The translations under genes were made by a program, and so were the position numbers. A stretch of 57,255 nt of DNA from Eledone cirrhosa. Lineage: Eukaryota. The notes below the pieces were generated by a model that saw only the letters and a list, made by a program, of their open reading frames with translations, did not search any database and was not told the DNA's origin. This document shows positions 56,684-57,255 of this stretch, piece by piece (position 1 is the stretch's first letter; every line of letters starts with the position of its first letter). The stretch lies in NCBI GenBank assembly GCA_964016885.1, contig CAXHJY010000116.1:1-57255 (forward strand), written 5' to 3'.

Positions 56684-57255
56684 AAACAGTTCTCACCAGC
56701 CAAAAATATAAAATCAATCCCAGCCGACCGATAGCATTTTACATTTTTTCCACATCTTCTTTTCTCAGTCATAATCTTCCCTCTCCCCCTCTCTCTCTTT
56801 CACACTCCCCCTCTCTCTCTTTCACACTCCCCCTCTTTCTTTCACACTCCCCCCTCTTTCTTTCACACTCCCCCTCTCTCTCTCCATTCCACACTCCCCC
56901 CTCTCTCTCTCTTTCACCTCTCCCCTCTCCCCCTCTCTTTCTTTCACACTCACCCCTCTCTCTGTCACACTCCCCCCTCTCTCTTTCACACTCCCCTCTC
57001 TCTTTCACCCCCCCCCTCTCTATCACCACCTCTTTATTTCACAGTCACCCCTCTCTCTTTCACACTCCCCCCTCTCTCTCTTTCACCCCCTCTCTCTCTT
57101 TCACACTGCTCCCTCTTCCTCTCTTTCACACACTCTCTCTTTCTCTCTTTCACACTCTCTCACTCTCTCTCGCTTTCACACTCCCCTTCCCACTCTCCCT
57201 CATCTCTCTTTCACACTCTCTCCCTTTTACTCTCTCTCCCTACATATATATATAA

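Overview
Repeat-dominated, AT-rich eukaryotic (metazoan) DNA. The SINE families and the extreme (TA)n/(CA)n/(CT)n load suggest an octopus or other cephalopod genome (inference). I recognise no host gene, and most long ORFs in the track are microsatellite artefacts. Retroelements present: three GIY-YIG Penelope-like (PLE) fragments (two Neptune-like, one Naiad-like with an inverted ~490-bp terminal copy), RTE, Tx1/L1 and Dong/R4 LINE 3' ends, several tRNA-SINE families, and a young 2.67-kb non-autonomous LTR element (553-bp LTRs, CAGT TSD, tRNA-Trp-like PBS). There are also hAT and piggyBac-like MITEs and many mini- and microsatellites. The main signal is that the short unique-looking islands between (TA)n tracts are largely ORF-less 100-500 bp fold-back (palindromic) elements from at least 6-8 unrelated families. 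Most carry a type I hammerhead ribozyme motif (stem I-CTGAnGA-stem II-GAAA-stem III-TH-stem I'), often on both strands. Their arms are often asymmetric, end at fixed TA dinucleotides and turn at or near the ribozyme. This looks like a (TA)n-targeted, ribozyme-bearing, PLE-derived fold-back retroelement system. All ribozyme calls are by-eye motif and base-pairing matches, not activity data.
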